Shown: positions 1-9,393 of the stretch, piece by piece | Position numbering within the stretch: position 1 is the first letter of the stretch | How the letters are laid out: every line of letters begins with the position of its first letter | Origin: Armatimonadota bacterium | GTDB taxonomy: Bacteria; Sysuimicrobiota; Sysuimicrobiia; Sysuimicrobiales; Humicultoraceae | DNA length: 19,208 bases | Direction: 5' to 3' | NCBI GenBank assembly: GCA_052386995.1 | Contig: JBQTJP010000325.1 | Span: 1-19,208 of the forward strand | Made by a program: the position numbers and the translations under genes | Notes under the pieces: generated by a model | The model's database searches: none | What the model saw: the letters and a program-made list of their open reading frames with translations, nothing else | What the model was told of the DNA's origin: nothing

Positions 1-782
1 AGGGCGCGCGCATCCAGCGGAAAGGTCGTGCGCGGATCGATGACCTCGGCGCTGATGCCGTCTCCGGCGAGGGACTCCGCCGCGGCCAGCGCGGCCTGCA
101 CCATGCTGCTCGTCGCGACGATCGTGACGTCCGTACCCTGCCGCTTGATGTCCGCGACGCCGAAAGGAATCGTGTAGTCGTCGTCCGGGACCGGCCCCTT
201 GAACGTGTACATCATCTTGTCTTCGAAGAAGACCACCGGGTTGTCGTCGCGGATCGCGGTCTTCAGCAGTCCTTTGGCATCGAAAGGCGTCGATGGCAAA
301 ACCACCTTCAGTCCCGGGATGTGGCTGACCCACGCGTGCAGGCTCTGGCTGTGCTGCGCCGCGGAGCGTCGCGTGGCGCCCATGGTCGTGCGCACGACCA
401 TCGGCACTTTGAGCTTGCCCCCGGACATGTAGTGGACCTTGGCCGCCTGATTGGCGATCTGGTCCATCGCCAGCGCGATGAAGTCGCCGAACATGATGTC
501 CACAACCGGCCGCATCCCGGTCATGGCTGCGCCTACCCCAATGCCCGTGAACCCGGCCTCGGAGATCGGCGTGTCGATGACGCGCTCGCGCCCGAACTCG
601 TCTACCAGGCCCGACAAGACCTTGAACGGGGTGCCCGCTTCGGCGACATCCTCGCCGATGATGAACACGCGCTGATCGCGCCGCATCTCTTCCGCCAGCG
701 CTTCCCGGATCGCCTGGGCGAACGTGATCTCGCGCGTGGCCGCGCTGGGGCCCGCGCCTACCGCCGGGCTAGGCGGTGACAT
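1..782 (-). CDS. Acetoin/2-oxoacid dehydrogenase E1 beta subunit (AcoB/PdhB-like), runs off the left edge
   Basis: Not in the ORF track because its stop is outside the window. Manual translation from ATG 782: MSPPSPAVGAGPSAATREITFAQAIREALAEEMRRDQRVFIIGEDVAEAG..DTPISEAG..AAQHSQSLHAW. GAAGAGG RBS; overlaps the alpha-subunit stop. Confidence 0.93.
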   Translation of the reverse strand, partial: MSPPSPAVGAGPSAATREITFAQAIREALAEEMRRDQRVFIIGEDVAEAGTPFKVLSGLVDEFGRERVIDTPISEAGFTGIGVGAAMTGMRPVVDIMFGDFIALAMDQIANQAAKVHYMSGGKLKVPMVVRTTMGATRRSAAQHSQSLHAWVSHIPGLKVVLPSTPFDAKGLLKTAIRDDNPVVFFEDKMMYTFKGPVPDDDYTIPFGVADIKRQGTDVTIVATSSMVQAALAAAESLAGDGISAEVIDPRTTFPLDARA

Positions 783-1797
783 GCCGGTCGACCTCTTCGG
801 CGTCCGGGTAGGGCGCGCTCAGCGCAAACTCCAGCGCCGCGGCGACCCGGGAGCGCACCCTGCTCTCAATCTGCTCGAGGAGCGCCGCGTCGGCCATCTT
901 GCGTTCAACGATCCAGCCCGCCAGGAGACGCAGCGGGTCGCGCTCGGCCATCCACCGCTGCTCTTCGTCCCGTGAGCGATAGTAACCGCGGCTCACATCG
1001 CCCACGTGGTGCCCGCGAAAGCGGTACGTGTGGCAGATCAGGAAGCCCGGCCCCTCGCCGCCCCGGGCCCGATCCACCGCCGTCCGCGCGGCGGCGTAGA
1101 CGGCGCGCACGTTCTGCCCGTCGAGTTCGACCGGTGGGATGCCGAAGGCCGCGGGTCTGGCCGACATATCCCCGGCGGTGGTCTCAGAGCGCGGCGTGTA
1201 TTCGTTGTACAGGTTGTCTTCGCAGACGTAGATCACCGGCAGGCGCCAGAGCGATGCCATGTTCATGGCCTCGTAGAGAACCCCCTGTCCGAGCGCCCCC
1301 TCGCCGAAGAAGCAGACGGTAACCTGATCCGTTCCGCGCATCCTCGCGGAGAGCGCCGCGCCGGTCGCGATCGCGGCGCTGCCCCCGACAATCGCGTTGG
1401 CGCCGAGGTTGCCGGTCTCTGGGTCAGCGATGTGCATGGACCCGCCTTTCCCCCGGCAGTAGCCCGCCGCTTTCCCCAACAACTCAGCGTACATTCGATC
1501 TAGCGCGGCGCCCTTGGCCAGACAATGCCCGTGCCCACGATGGGTGCTGGTGATGTAGTCGTCGCGGCGCAGGGCCGCGCAGACCCCAACCGCCACGGCT
1601 TCCTCGCCGATATACAGGTGCGCGAGACCGGGCATCTTCGCGCTTGTGTAGAGGTCGTTCACGTGCTCTTCGAAGACGCGGATCGTCAGCATCTGCTCGT
1701 ACATCGCAAGCCCCTGCTCCGCACTGATGGCTGCATCCCGGGGCGCCGCCGCCTTCCCCCGGGGCGCTGATCGGCGAGCGGCTGGCGACCGCGCCAT
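769..1797 (-). CDS. TPP-dependent acetoin/2-oxoacid dehydrogenase E1 alpha subunit (AcoA/PdhA-like)
   Basis: Motifs HLYIGEEA, STHRGHGH, GKGGSMH, GANAIVG, FFGEGA..N (TPP motif variant), TYRFRGH. Start placed at ATG 1797, just after the upstream stop. Confidence 0.93.
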   Translation of the reverse strand: MARSPAARRSAPRGKAAAPRDAAISAEQGLAMYEQMLTIRVFEEHVNDLYTSAKMPGLAHLYIGEEAVAVGVCAALRRDDYITSTHRGHGHCLAKGAALDRMYAELLGKAAGYCRGKGGSMHIADPETGNLGANAIVGGSAAIATGAALSARMRGTDQVTVCFFGEGALGQGVLYEAMNMASLWRLPVIYVCEDNLYNEYTPRSETTAGDMSARPAAFGIPPVELDGQNVRAVYAAARTAVDRARGGEGPGFLICHTYRFRGHHVGDVSRGYYRSRDEEQRWMAERDPLRLLAGWIVERKMADAALLEQIESRVRSRVAAALEFALSAPYPDAEEVDRHVTA

Positions 1798-1810
1798 CCC
1801 GTCGCCCCGC

Positions 1811-2692
1811 CTACCCCGTCTGTCCGGCCATTCGCGCGAGCACCTGGAACACCACGGCAAAGTCCTGCCTCTCCAGGCCCGTCGCCCGTGCCGCGGTCAG
1901 CATCTCGTTGGCGACCGCCGTCGTCGGCAGCGGGACGTTCAGCGTCTTCCCCATCTCGAGCGCAAGCTGCATGTCTTTCTGCATCATGTTCACGTCGAAC
2001 CATGCCTCACCCGGCATCTTCAGCACAAAGGGGCCGCGATAGGTCACCATCGGCGAGGCGATGACGCTGTTGAGCAGCACTTCGACGGCGGTCGCGCGCG
2101 GGATTCCGCTCTTTTCCGCGAGCAGGACGCCCTCGGAGAACGCCAGCATCTGCACGGCCAGGCTGAGATTCGTGGCGATCTTCATCGACACGGCCAGACC
2201 GTTAGAACCGACGTACGTGACCTTGGGGCCGATGTCGCGGAGAACCGGCAGGGCCCGGTCGAACGCGTCCCGGTCGCCCCCGACCATGATGGAGAGCCTT
2301 CCCTGCTCGAGAGTGCTGACACTGCCAGATACCGGCGCATCGAGCATGCGGGCGCCCCGCTCAGCGACCTGAGCCGCAAGCGCCTGGCTGGCCGAGGGGC
2401 TGCACGTGCTCATGTCGACGTAAATCTTGCCTGGACCAAGGCCGGACAGGATCCCGTCCGGTCCGGCGGTGACCGCGTGCAGCGCGGCGGTATCGGTCAG
2501 CATGGAGAACGTTATGTCCGTAGCCTCGGCGACGGCTCGGGGCGTCTCGCCCCAGCGCATTCCGGCGTCGAGTAACGGCTGCGCCTTCGGCCTGGTGCGG
2601 TTGTAGCCGGTGAGCGTGTGGCCCGCGTCCATCAGCCGGTTTGCGATACGGCTGCCCATGACTCCGAGGCCAACGAACCCCAGTCTGGCCAA
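1811..2692 (-). CDS. NAD(P)-dependent beta-hydroxyacid dehydrogenase (MmsB/GarR family)
   Basis: GFVGLGVMG Rossmann motif, DMST, DAPVSGS, MKIATN, MMQKD. Likely TTG/GTG start at 2692/2695 after GGGGTGAGG. Confidence 0.92.
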   Translation of the reverse strand: MARLGFVGLGVMGSRIANRLMDAGHTLTGYNRTRPKAQPLLDAGMRWGETPRAVAEATDITFSMLTDTAALHAVTAGPDGILSGLGPGKIYVDMSTCSPSASQALAAQVAERGARMLDAPVSGSVSTLEQGRLSIMVGGDRDAFDRALPVLRDIGPKVTYVGSNGLAVSMKIATNLSLAVQMLAFSEGVLLAEKSGIPRATAVEVLLNSVIASPMVTYRGPFVLKMPGEAWFDVNMMQKDMQLALEMGKTLNVPLPTTAVANEMLTAARATGLERQDFAVVFQVLARMAGQTG

Positions 2693-2787
2693 CACCTCAC
2701 CCCGCGGCCGGGCGCGCAGCCCGACATCTCGTGGTTCGCTGAGCATCACGTGCCGGACCTGCTCACGTTTCCCGGTTGTCGCAGGCC

Positions 2788-3312
2788 CTAGCGCCGGCCG
2801 AAGATCGCCTCTGCAGCCCTGCGCAACGATGGAGGGTCAATGGCGGGAAACCGGTACAGCTCCGGCTCGATCGCCTCGAAATACCTCAAGGCACGCTCGG
2901 ATTCTATCAGCCCCAACCTGAGCATCGTGCGCACGTCTTCGATATCCTGCGTGTGCCCTCGCTCAACTTTGGCCAGGGCCTGCGCGTAGAGGTCGTAATG
3001 ATAAAATGCCGCGCCGCCCTCATGTGCGATGAAGCGGCTCCGCTCTTCCCAGCCCGCCGCCACGGGGATGAAGTCCGCGGGCGATGCCAGTTCGACGTTG
3101 ATGCTGAGGGTTTCCTTGATCCGCGGGATCGCGCGCAGCACTTTGTCGCTCTCCGGGATGATCTTGATGTCCACATCGATGGTGGTTGGCCGCCAGCCCA
3201 AGAGGACAGCGGTCGCGCCCCCTGTGAAGTAGACCCGTGTCTGCGCTGGAGCTTCGTCTCCGAGCGCTTTCATGAAGCGCCGGATGCGGTCGACGTCGGC
3301 TAGCGCCCGCAT
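2788..3312 (-). CDS. DUF6036-like minimal nucleotidyltransferase
   Basis: VYFTGGATAV..RPTTIDVD (GG..DxD motif) and C-terminal KVERG..QDIED; overlaps the upstream partner gene. Confidence 0.8.
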   Translation of the reverse strand: MRALADVDRIRRFMKALGDEAPAQTRVYFTGGATAVLLGWRPTTIDVDIKIIPESDKVLRAIPRIKETLSINVELASPADFIPVAAGWEERSRFIAHEGGAAFYHYDLYAQALAKVERGHTQDIEDVRTMLRLGLIESERALRYFEAIEPELYRFPAIDPPSLRRAAEAIFGRR

Positions 3313-3566
3313 TCCGCGGCGCGTTCGAAGCTGACCAACCGGCGTATCAGGGCGTTGTACCGGGAATGGGCTCCGTCGGGGTCGGACTTGCTAAGCAGTT
3401 GATAGAGGCGGTGCTCCGGCGATGGAATAGGATTCTCAACTACAAACCCAAGCTTTCGCAGGCGCGGCGCGCCGATGGAAACCAGTAGCGCCGGGACAGA
3501 CTCGACCCCGCGAGCAAGATCATCGAGGCCGGCCCGCACATAGTCGCTTCCAGGAAGCGTCTCCAC
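3300..3566 (-). CDS. Small hypothetical protein coupled to the nucleotidyltransferase (possible antitoxin-like partner)
   Basis: LPGSDYVRAGLDDL..LLVSIGAPRLRKLG..HSRYNALIRRLVSFERA; overlaps the next start. Start uncertain (GTG 3566 or up to 3638). Confidence 0.7.
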   Translation of the reverse strand: METLPGSDYVRAGLDDLARGVESVPALLVSIGAPRLRKLGFVVENPIPSPEHRLYQLLSKSDPDGAHSRYNALIRRLVSFERAAECGR

Positions 3567-3580
3567 TAATCGGGGTCTGG

Positions 3581-3619
3581 CTATTCTTCCCGGGTCCAGT
3601 GCTTGGTGCCCACGCTCAT
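3581..3619 (-). pseudogene. 12-codon remnant resembling a Uma2-family endonuclease N-terminus
   Basis: TGGTATGAT extended -10, GGAGGA RBS, then MSVGTKHWTREE*. Uma2 proteins often begin ..WTREEY. Confidence 0.45.
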
Positions 3620-3705
3620 AGCGGTCCTCCAGCCCCACATCATACCAGGGCCTGGAAGCAAGGTACCGGGCCCTCCCGCATGACCACGCACGCGCCCGCG
3701 TCGCG

Positions 3706-4776
3706 CTAGATCGTCTGCCCGTACTTCTCCCGCATCAGGTCGCGAATGTACTTCGTCACATCCAGCGTCACGCGCAGCGACTTGTGCACCTGCGCTTCGG
3801 CCCTGTCCCCACGAATGAGCGGGTACCCTTCCATCAGCTTCTTCGCCTGCTCCTGGAACTCGCGGTCCCGGTTCATCCGGTCGATGCCCTCGTGCAGCGC
3901 GCGCAGCGCGTCGGGAGGCGTCCCCTCCGGCACCCACAGGCCCCGCCCGTACGTCCAGGACGCGGCGACGAGCCCGCGAAAGGCCTTCCACCGCAGCAAT
4001 CCGTCGGGCCGGCGCCCAAACACCTGCTGGTAGACTTCGTATACGGTCGGCAGGTCCGGCACCGCGGGGTCGCGCACCATCTCTCCCTTCTCGTTGATGA
4101 ACCCCAGCGTCATCAGCCCGACGACCTTCCGCTCTTGCACCTGCGGCAGCACCTGTGAGTTGTACACGAACGTGGCCTGAAAATCAGCGTTCAGTTCGCC
4201 TCGGTCGAACGCCAGGCGGATCGGCCCGCGAGACTCAAACCCGAAGACCACTTTGGGGGTCATCCCAAACAACTCGAAGGCGAGGAGCGCCGGCAGTTCC
4301 ACTCCCGGCGGCGTGTTGCTGCCGAAGATGACGCCCTGGGTCTTGGCGAACTCCGCGGCGTTCCGCGCCCCCCCGCGCGGTGAGGCGTAGAAGACCGCCC
4401 CGCTCCCATTGATCGCGACCAGTCTCATTTTCCGGAAGTCGTACCGGACCACCGGATTCTCGAGCATGTACGCGACCTTGGACGCGACCGTGCTCGCCAG
4501 GACCGTCATCCCGTCGGGCTTCGCGTTCGCCGCAAACCAGTTCATCCCAAGCAGCGTTCCGCCCCCGGGCATGTTGCGGATGCGCACGGTGGCGCCCGGG
4601 AGATTCTTCTCCAGAAAGGGCGCCAGGAACCGGTTGAGGATGTCGGTGGCGCCGCCCACGGCGGTGGGCACGAGGAGCTCGATCGTCTTCCCCGCGTAAT
4701 ACGAGGTTTGTCCGCTCGCCGGCAAGCCCAGCGCGAGCACCGATGCAAGGATCACTGCCACGACAATCGCCCGCAC
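3706..4776 (-). CDS. Tripartite tricarboxylate transporter substrate-binding protein (TctC/Bug-like), paralog 1
   Basis: Signal peptide after GGAGGT + GTG 4776; YAGKTIELLVPTAVGGATD, NMPGGG, AKPDG, RDPAVPDLPT. Confidence 0.88.
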   Translation of the reverse strand: MRAIVVAVILASVLALGLPASGQTSYYAGKTIELLVPTAVGGATDILNRFLAPFLEKNLPGATVRIRNMPGGGTLLGMNWFAANAKPDGMTVLASTVASKVAYMLENPVVRYDFRKMRLVAINGSGAVFYASPRGGARNAAEFAKTQGVIFGSNTPPGVELPALLAFELFGMTPKVVFGFESRGPIRLAFDRGELNADFQATFVYNSQVLPQVQERKVVGLMTLGFINEKGEMVRDPAVPDLPTVYEVYQQVFGRRPDGLLRWKAFRGLVAASWTYGRGLWVPEGTPPDALRALHEGIDRMNRDREFQEQAKKLMEGYPLIRGDRAEAQVHKSLRVTLDVTKYIRDLMREKYGQTI

Positions 4777-4832
4777 GTCGCTCACCTCCACTTTGTCACG
4801 TGTCGGTCGGGCGAATTCTGCGCGCATGCGCC

Positions 4833-5903
4833 TCAGATCGACACGCCGTACTTCCCCTGCATCAGGTCGCGCACGTACTTGGCCACGTCCAGCGTGACAC
4901 CCAGGGAGCGGTGCACCTGTCGCTCTACTGTGTCGCCCCGCAGCAGCGGGTATCCTTCCATCAGTTTGTTCGCCTGTGCTAAGAACTCGCGGTCGCGGTT
5001 CATTCGGTCCACCGCGTCGTGCAGCGCGCGCAGGGCCTCGGGCGGCGCTCCCTCCGGCACCCACAGCCCCCGCCCGTACGTCCACGACGCTGCCACCAGC
5101 GCCCGGTAAGCCTTCCACCTCAGCAGCCCGTCGGGCTTGCGGCCAAAGGCCTGCTGGTACACTTCGTAGACCGTCGGCAAGTCCGGCACCGCCGGATCGC
5201 GCACCATCTCGCCTTTCTCATTGATGAACCCCAGCGTCATGAGCCCGACGACCTTCCCCTCACGGACCTGGGGCAGCACCTGTGAGTTGTAAACAAACGT
5301 CGCCTGAAAGTCGAGGCTCAACTCGCCGCGCTCGAAGGCCAGCCGGATCGGCCCACGCGATTCGAATCCAAACACGACGCGGGGGTTGACGCCCAGCAAC
5401 TCGAAGGCAAGCAGCGCGGGGACGGTCGCTCCCGGCGGGACGTTGCTGCCGAACGTCAGTCCCTGCGCTTTGGCCAGGTCGGCGGCCTGGCGGATGCCCG
5501 CGCGCGGCGACGCATAGAAGACTCCGCCACTGCCGTTGATCGCCACCAGCCGCATCTTGCGGAAATCATAGCGGGCGGCGGGATTCTGAAGCATGTAGGC
5601 GACCTTTGACGACACGGTGCTGGCCAGCACCGTCGTCCCGTCCGGTTTGGCGTTCGCCGCGAACCAGTTGGTGCCTAAGATGCTGCCCCCACCCGGCATG
5701 TTGCGAATCTGCACCGATGGACTGCCGGGGATGTGCTTCTCCAGGAACGGCGCCAGGAACCGGTTCAGAATGTCGGTCGCGCCGCCGACGGCGCTGGGGA
5801 CCAGCAACTCAACGGTCTTCCCCGCGTAGTAGGGCGCCTGAGCGACCGCAGGCGCGCCAGCGAAGAGCATCGCCAGGATCATCACGAGCACCATCTGTCG
5901 CAA
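4833..5903 (-). CDS. Tripartite tricarboxylate transporter substrate-binding protein (TctC/Bug-like), paralog 2
   Basis: Same motifs, highly similar to 3706-4776. AGGAGG before TTG 5903; signal peptide ending AVA-Q. Confidence 0.88.
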   Translation of the reverse strand: MRQMVLVMILAMLFAGAPAVAQAPYYAGKTVELLVPSAVGGATDILNRFLAPFLEKHIPGSPSVQIRNMPGGGSILGTNWFAANAKPDGTTVLASTVSSKVAYMLQNPAARYDFRKMRLVAINGSGGVFYASPRAGIRQAADLAKAQGLTFGSNVPPGATVPALLAFELLGVNPRVVFGFESRGPIRLAFERGELSLDFQATFVYNSQVLPQVREGKVVGLMTLGFINEKGEMVRDPAVPDLPTVYEVYQQAFGRKPDGLLRWKAYRALVAASWTYGRGLWVPEGAPPEALRALHDAVDRMNRDREFLAQANKLMEGYPLLRGDTVERQVHRSLGVTLDVAKYVRDLMQGKYGVSI

Positions 5904-6000
5904 GCTGCGAGCCTCCTGTCGGTTGACCGTCACTTCGCATCCGGAGGTTACTACGGCGCCGTGAACCTAATTGCCTCTGTGACGGCATTTTGCCGCCGCA

Positions 6001-6468
6001 TCAGGGTCTGACGATTGCGGGGGTGAGGATCCACCTGAGCGACCAGCGCCCCTCCGGGTTCCCCTGCAGGCAGACGATTCCCGCGTTCTCAAATGCCACA
6101 ACCTCTTGCCCGTCGTCGCCGCAGAGCAGGAGTGACGCCAGCCGGCGCAAGTGGGGCAGATGTCCCACCAACATCAGGTCCTCTGTCTCATGCCTCAGGC
6201 GGTCCGCCCAGATCCGGGGGTTGGCCATAGGGTCCATGCCGTCGGCCTGGCCGACCTGCACTACCGCGAGGTGCTCTTCCCACACCGAGGTTGTCTGCTC
6301 TGCCCGGAGCTTGCCGCTGTGCAGGACGCGGCTGGGGCGGACCCCGGCCCATTCAATGGCGTACCGGGCGACCCTTCTGGCATCCTGCCATCCCTTCTCG
6401 GTGAGCGGTCGATCCGGATCCTCTTCTTCCTTCTTCGCTTCCGCGTGCTGCACCAGGTAAAGCCTCAT
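6001..6468 (-). CDS. sixA: Phosphohistidine phosphatase SixA
   Basis: MRLYLVQHAEA..DRPLT..HSGKLRAEQT..LMLVGHLP histidine phosphatase motifs. Confidence 0.88.
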   Translation of the reverse strand: MRLYLVQHAEAKKEEEDPDRPLTEKGWQDARRVARYAIEWAGVRPSRVLHSGKLRAEQTTSVWEEHLAVVQVGQADGMDPMANPRIWADRLRHETEDLMLVGHLPHLRRLASLLLCGDDGQEVVAFENAGIVCLQGNPEGRWSLRWILTPAIVRP

Positions 6469-6548
6469 GGCATGCGCTCCTTCAGGGCTTCCAATCGGTG
6501 CCCGAGATTTATAGTACAGTGGTCTGGAGGCAGGCGAGGAATGACACC

Positions 6549-7943
6549 ATGACCGAGACGGCCCCCACAAGGGAAACGACAAAGCGGCTCTCTCCCGAAA
6601 TTGTTGCCCGGTTCAAGGCTCAAGTCATCGCCGAGTACGTCGGGCGGCATCCGAAGTCCCGCGAGCTCCACGCTCGGGGGAAGGTTGCCCTGCCGGGCGG
6701 GGACACCCGGACCGTCACCTACTTCGATCCGTTCCCCCTCTATATCGGCAGGGGCGAGGGATGCCGTCTGTATGACGTGGACGGCCACCGCCTCCTGGAC
6801 CTGCTCGGCAACTACACGTCGATGATCTGGGGGCACGCTCACCCAAAGATCGTTGAGGCGGCCCGGGCTCAGATCGCCCGGGGGACAGGTTTCGCCGCGC
6901 CAACAGAGGGCCAGGCCATCCTGGGTGAGATGATTCGAGAGCGCCTGCCGTCCGTGCAGAAGATCCGCTTCACCAATTCCGGGACCGAGGCGGCGATGCA
7001 CGCGATCCGCCTCGCGCGCGCCTACACCGGCAGAGAAAAGATCGTGAAGATGGAGGGCGGTTACCACGGCAGCTACGATGCCGTCGAGGTCAGCGTGCAT
7101 CCGGACCCGGACGGGGCCGGCCCTGCCTCCAGCCCGCGGGCTCTGCCCGAAAGCAAGGGCATTCCTCCTTCGGTCGTCGACGACGTCCTCGTGGCTCCCT
7201 TTAACAACCTGGGTGCGGTGGAGGCTATCCTCCGTGCCCATCGCGATGCGATCGCCGCCGTGATCGTCGAGCCCATACAGGGCGTCGCCGGTACGATCCT
7301 CCCGCGTGATGGTTTTCTTGGTTTCCTCCGGGAGATCACGCAGGAGCTGGGCATCCTGCTGATATTCGACGAGGTAATCAGCTTCCGCCTCGGCTATCAC
7401 GGCGCGCAGGGGATCTACGGGGTGAGTCCCGACCTGACCGTCCTTGGCAAGATCATTGGAGGCGGATTCCCCGTGGGCGCGTTTGGGGGACGCGACGGCA
7501 TCATGGCGCTGTACGATCCTGCGCGCCCGGGTGCGATGGTGCAGTCGGGAACGTTCAACGCCAACCCCGTGACGCTCGCGGCCGGAATTGCCGGCCTCGA
7601 GCTGCTGACGGCGGCCGAGATCGAGCGAATCAACCGGCTCGGCGACCGGCTGCGACGGGGCCTGCAAGCCCTCTTCGACGCCTCTCCGGTGCCGGCACGC
7701 GCCAGCGGCCTCGGCTCGCTTCTGACGCTGCTCTTTACCGGCGCAGAGGTCGTGAACTATCGCGACACGACTACTGCGGATCAGCCGCTGTCTGCGGCGT
7801 TCCACCTGGCGCTGCTCCAGGAGGGGATCTTCAGCGCGCCCCGGGGGATGATGGCTCTCAGTCTTCCGATGAGCGAGGCGGACATCGATGACGCACTGGG
7901 CGCCGTCAGCACGGTGCTCAATCGACTGACAATCGAAGTGTAA
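6549..7943 (+). CDS. Class III PLP aminotransferase, glutamate-1-semialdehyde aminomutase-like
   Basis: FTNSGTEA, GGYHG, LIFDEVISFR, LGKIIGGG (PLP Lys), SGTFNANP. GAGGA RBS before ATG 6549. Confidence 0.9.
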   Translation: MTETAPTRETTKRLSPEIVARFKAQVIAEYVGRHPKSRELHARGKVALPGGDTRTVTYFDPFPLYIGRGEGCRLYDVDGHRLLDLLGNYTSMIWGHAHPKIVEAARAQIARGTGFAAPTEGQAILGEMIRERLPSVQKIRFTNSGTEAAMHAIRLARAYTGREKIVKMEGGYHGSYDAVEVSVHPDPDGAGPASSPRALPESKGIPPSVVDDVLVAPFNNLGAVEAILRAHRDAIAAVIVEPIQGVAGTILPRDGFLGFLREITQELGILLIFDEVISFRLGYHGAQGIYGVSPDLTVLGKIIGGGFPVGAFGGRDGIMALYDPARPGAMVQSGTFNANPVTLAAGIAGLELLTAAEIERINRLGDRLRRGLQALFDASPVPARASGLGSLLTLLFTGAEVVNYRDTTTADQPLSAAFHLALLQEGIFSAPRGMMALSLPMSEADIDDALGAVSTVLNRLTIEV

Positions 7944-7989
7944 GCCTGCGCACAGCCTCCTGTCTGGTGGCGACGCTATACTGAGGTAT

Positions 7990-8631
7990 GTGAGCGAACC
8001 CATAGTCGTCGGGATCATCCACTTCAGCGACCTGATTCGCGAAGGGATCAAGGACCAGCTGAACCGCCAGCCCGGCGTGGAGGTGCCTGTCACAGTCGGC
8101 AGCGCCCGCGAGGCTCTCAATCAACCGATCCAGGGGAATCACATCCTCCTCTATGATGTCGGGACGTCGCATCAGGACGGACCGGCACTCATGGCCGAAC
8201 TGCGCCAGCGCGTGCCTCGTGCAAAGATTCTTGTCTTCGGCGTCGCCGACGACGACCAGGCGATCATCGAGTGTGTACGAGCGGGCGCATCAGGCTGCAT
8301 CTTACAGAACGCCTCCCTCGACGACGTGGTCCAGGCCATCCGCTCCCTTTCCCAGGGGACGGTCCCGGTATCGCCCAGGGTGGTCACGACGCTGTTCAGT
8401 TATGTCGCCCGCCTCAAAGCGGGGGATGATCGTGCGCCGCCCGTCCCCCTCACGCGCCGCGAGGAGCAGATCCTCCAACTGATTGTCGAAGGCCTCGATA
8501 ACAAGGAGATCGCGCAGCGGCTGTATCTCCAACCCCAGACGGTCAAGAACTACGTGCATCAGGTGCTCCAGAAACTCAATCTGCGCAGCCGCCTCGAGGC
8601 CATGCGGTCCATGCGCACTCCCAAGCACTAG
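7990..8631 (+). CDS. NarL/LuxR-family regulator with an atypical receiver domain, copy 1
   Basis: REC-like N-terminus plus LTRREEQIL..GLDNKEIA..TVKNYVHQVLQKL HTH. Confidence 0.9.
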   Translation: MSEPIVVGIIHFSDLIREGIKDQLNRQPGVEVPVTVGSAREALNQPIQGNHILLYDVGTSHQDGPALMAELRQRVPRAKILVFGVADDDQAIIECVRAGASGCILQNASLDDVVQAIRSLSQGTVPVSPRVVTTLFSYVARLKAGDDRAPPVPLTRREEQILQLIVEGLDNKEIAQRLYLQPQTVKNYVHQVLQKLNLRSRLEAMRSMRTPKH

Positions 8632-8640
8632 GATCCGCTC

Positions 8641-8717
8641 AGTACCACGGTACCGGGACCCTGGCCGCCATTACAGTACCCGCGCCTGTAGCCGGCACCG
8701 CGTGTCTGCCGTATTGT
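8641..8717 (+). promoter_or_regulatory. Conserved promoter element A, upstream of thioredoxin 1
   Basis: GTACCACGGTAC; core CAGTACCCGCGCCTGTAG at 8674-8691; 20 nt; TATTGT at 8712. Confidence 0.75.
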
Positions 8718-8744
8718 GTGTGCAGAACGCTGGAGGTGCATGAG

Positions 8745-9092
8745 GTGAGCACGCCCGTGCACGTCACGGAGCATACGTTTGACAGCGAGGTGTTGAAGGC
8801 CGATCTGCCCGTCCTGGCCGACTTCTGGGCCGACTGGTGCGGGCCGTGCCGGATGATCGCCCCGATCGTGGAGGATCTGGCCCGCGAGTCCACCGGGCGG
8901 GTAAAAGTGGTGAAGGTTGACGTGGACGCGAACCCGCGGCTCGCGATGGACTACGGGATCATGAGCATTCCGACGCTGGCGCTGTACAGGAACGGGAAAC
9001 TGGTAGATCGATTCATCGGATATGCGCCGAAGGCAGAATTGAAGAAGCGGCTGGAGGTCGCCCTGACCGCGCGCACCGCCACCGCAGGGTAA
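8745..9092 (+). CDS. trxA: Thioredoxin, copy 1
   Basis: DFWADWCGPCRMIAP, SIPTL; GGAGG RBS before GTG 8745. Confidence 0.95.
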   Translation: MSTPVHVTEHTFDSEVLKADLPVLADFWADWCGPCRMIAPIVEDLARESTGRVKVVKVDVDANPRLAMDYGIMSIPTLALYRNGKLVDRFIGYAPKAELKKRLEVALTARTATAG

Positions 9093-9117
9093 ATTGACCA
9101 AAGAGGAGGCAGGGTCC

Positions 9118-9360
9118 GTGCGCTACATCGTGGATCTATCGGTACTGTTGGTTGTCGGGTTGCTCTTTGTCGCTGCCCCGGTCCTGGCCGCAGGGGAGAA
9201 CATGGAGCTCCGCGTGTTCGACGAGCCGACCGCCGTCAAGCCGGTTCCGCCATCGGGCACCTCAGGACCACATGTTGCCCCTGTGCCGGCGCCGTCCTCG
9301 GGCGTCGATGCGAACGGCATGCCATACCGGGACAGCCTTCCGCGCCCCAGGCGCGGTTAG
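9118..9360 (+). CDS. Small secreted Pro-rich protein (80 aa)
   Basis: GAGGAGG RBS; signal peptide ending APVLA; ELRVF motif shared with 13721-13915. Confidence 0.7.
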   Translation: MRYIVDLSVLLVVGLLFVAAPVLAAGENMELRVFDEPTAVKPVPPSGTSGPHVAPVPAPSSGVDANGMPYRDSLPRPRRG

Positions 9361-9393
9361 GCTGTCGTCGCTGTCTGTCCGGTCAGAGCCCGG

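Noticed and set aside
4777..5118. N-terminal extension making a 470-aa binding protein
   Set aside because: Off-frame overlap with the upstream paralog; RBS and signal peptide place the start at 4776.
6440..6468. SixA has QHA instead of RHG
   Set aside because: The catalytic His is retained and Q-H variants occur among SixA homologs; not evidence of inactivation.
6465..8120. 551-aa minus-strand ORF
   Set aside because: Antisense shadow of the aminotransferase in GC-rich DNA; no recognisable motifs.
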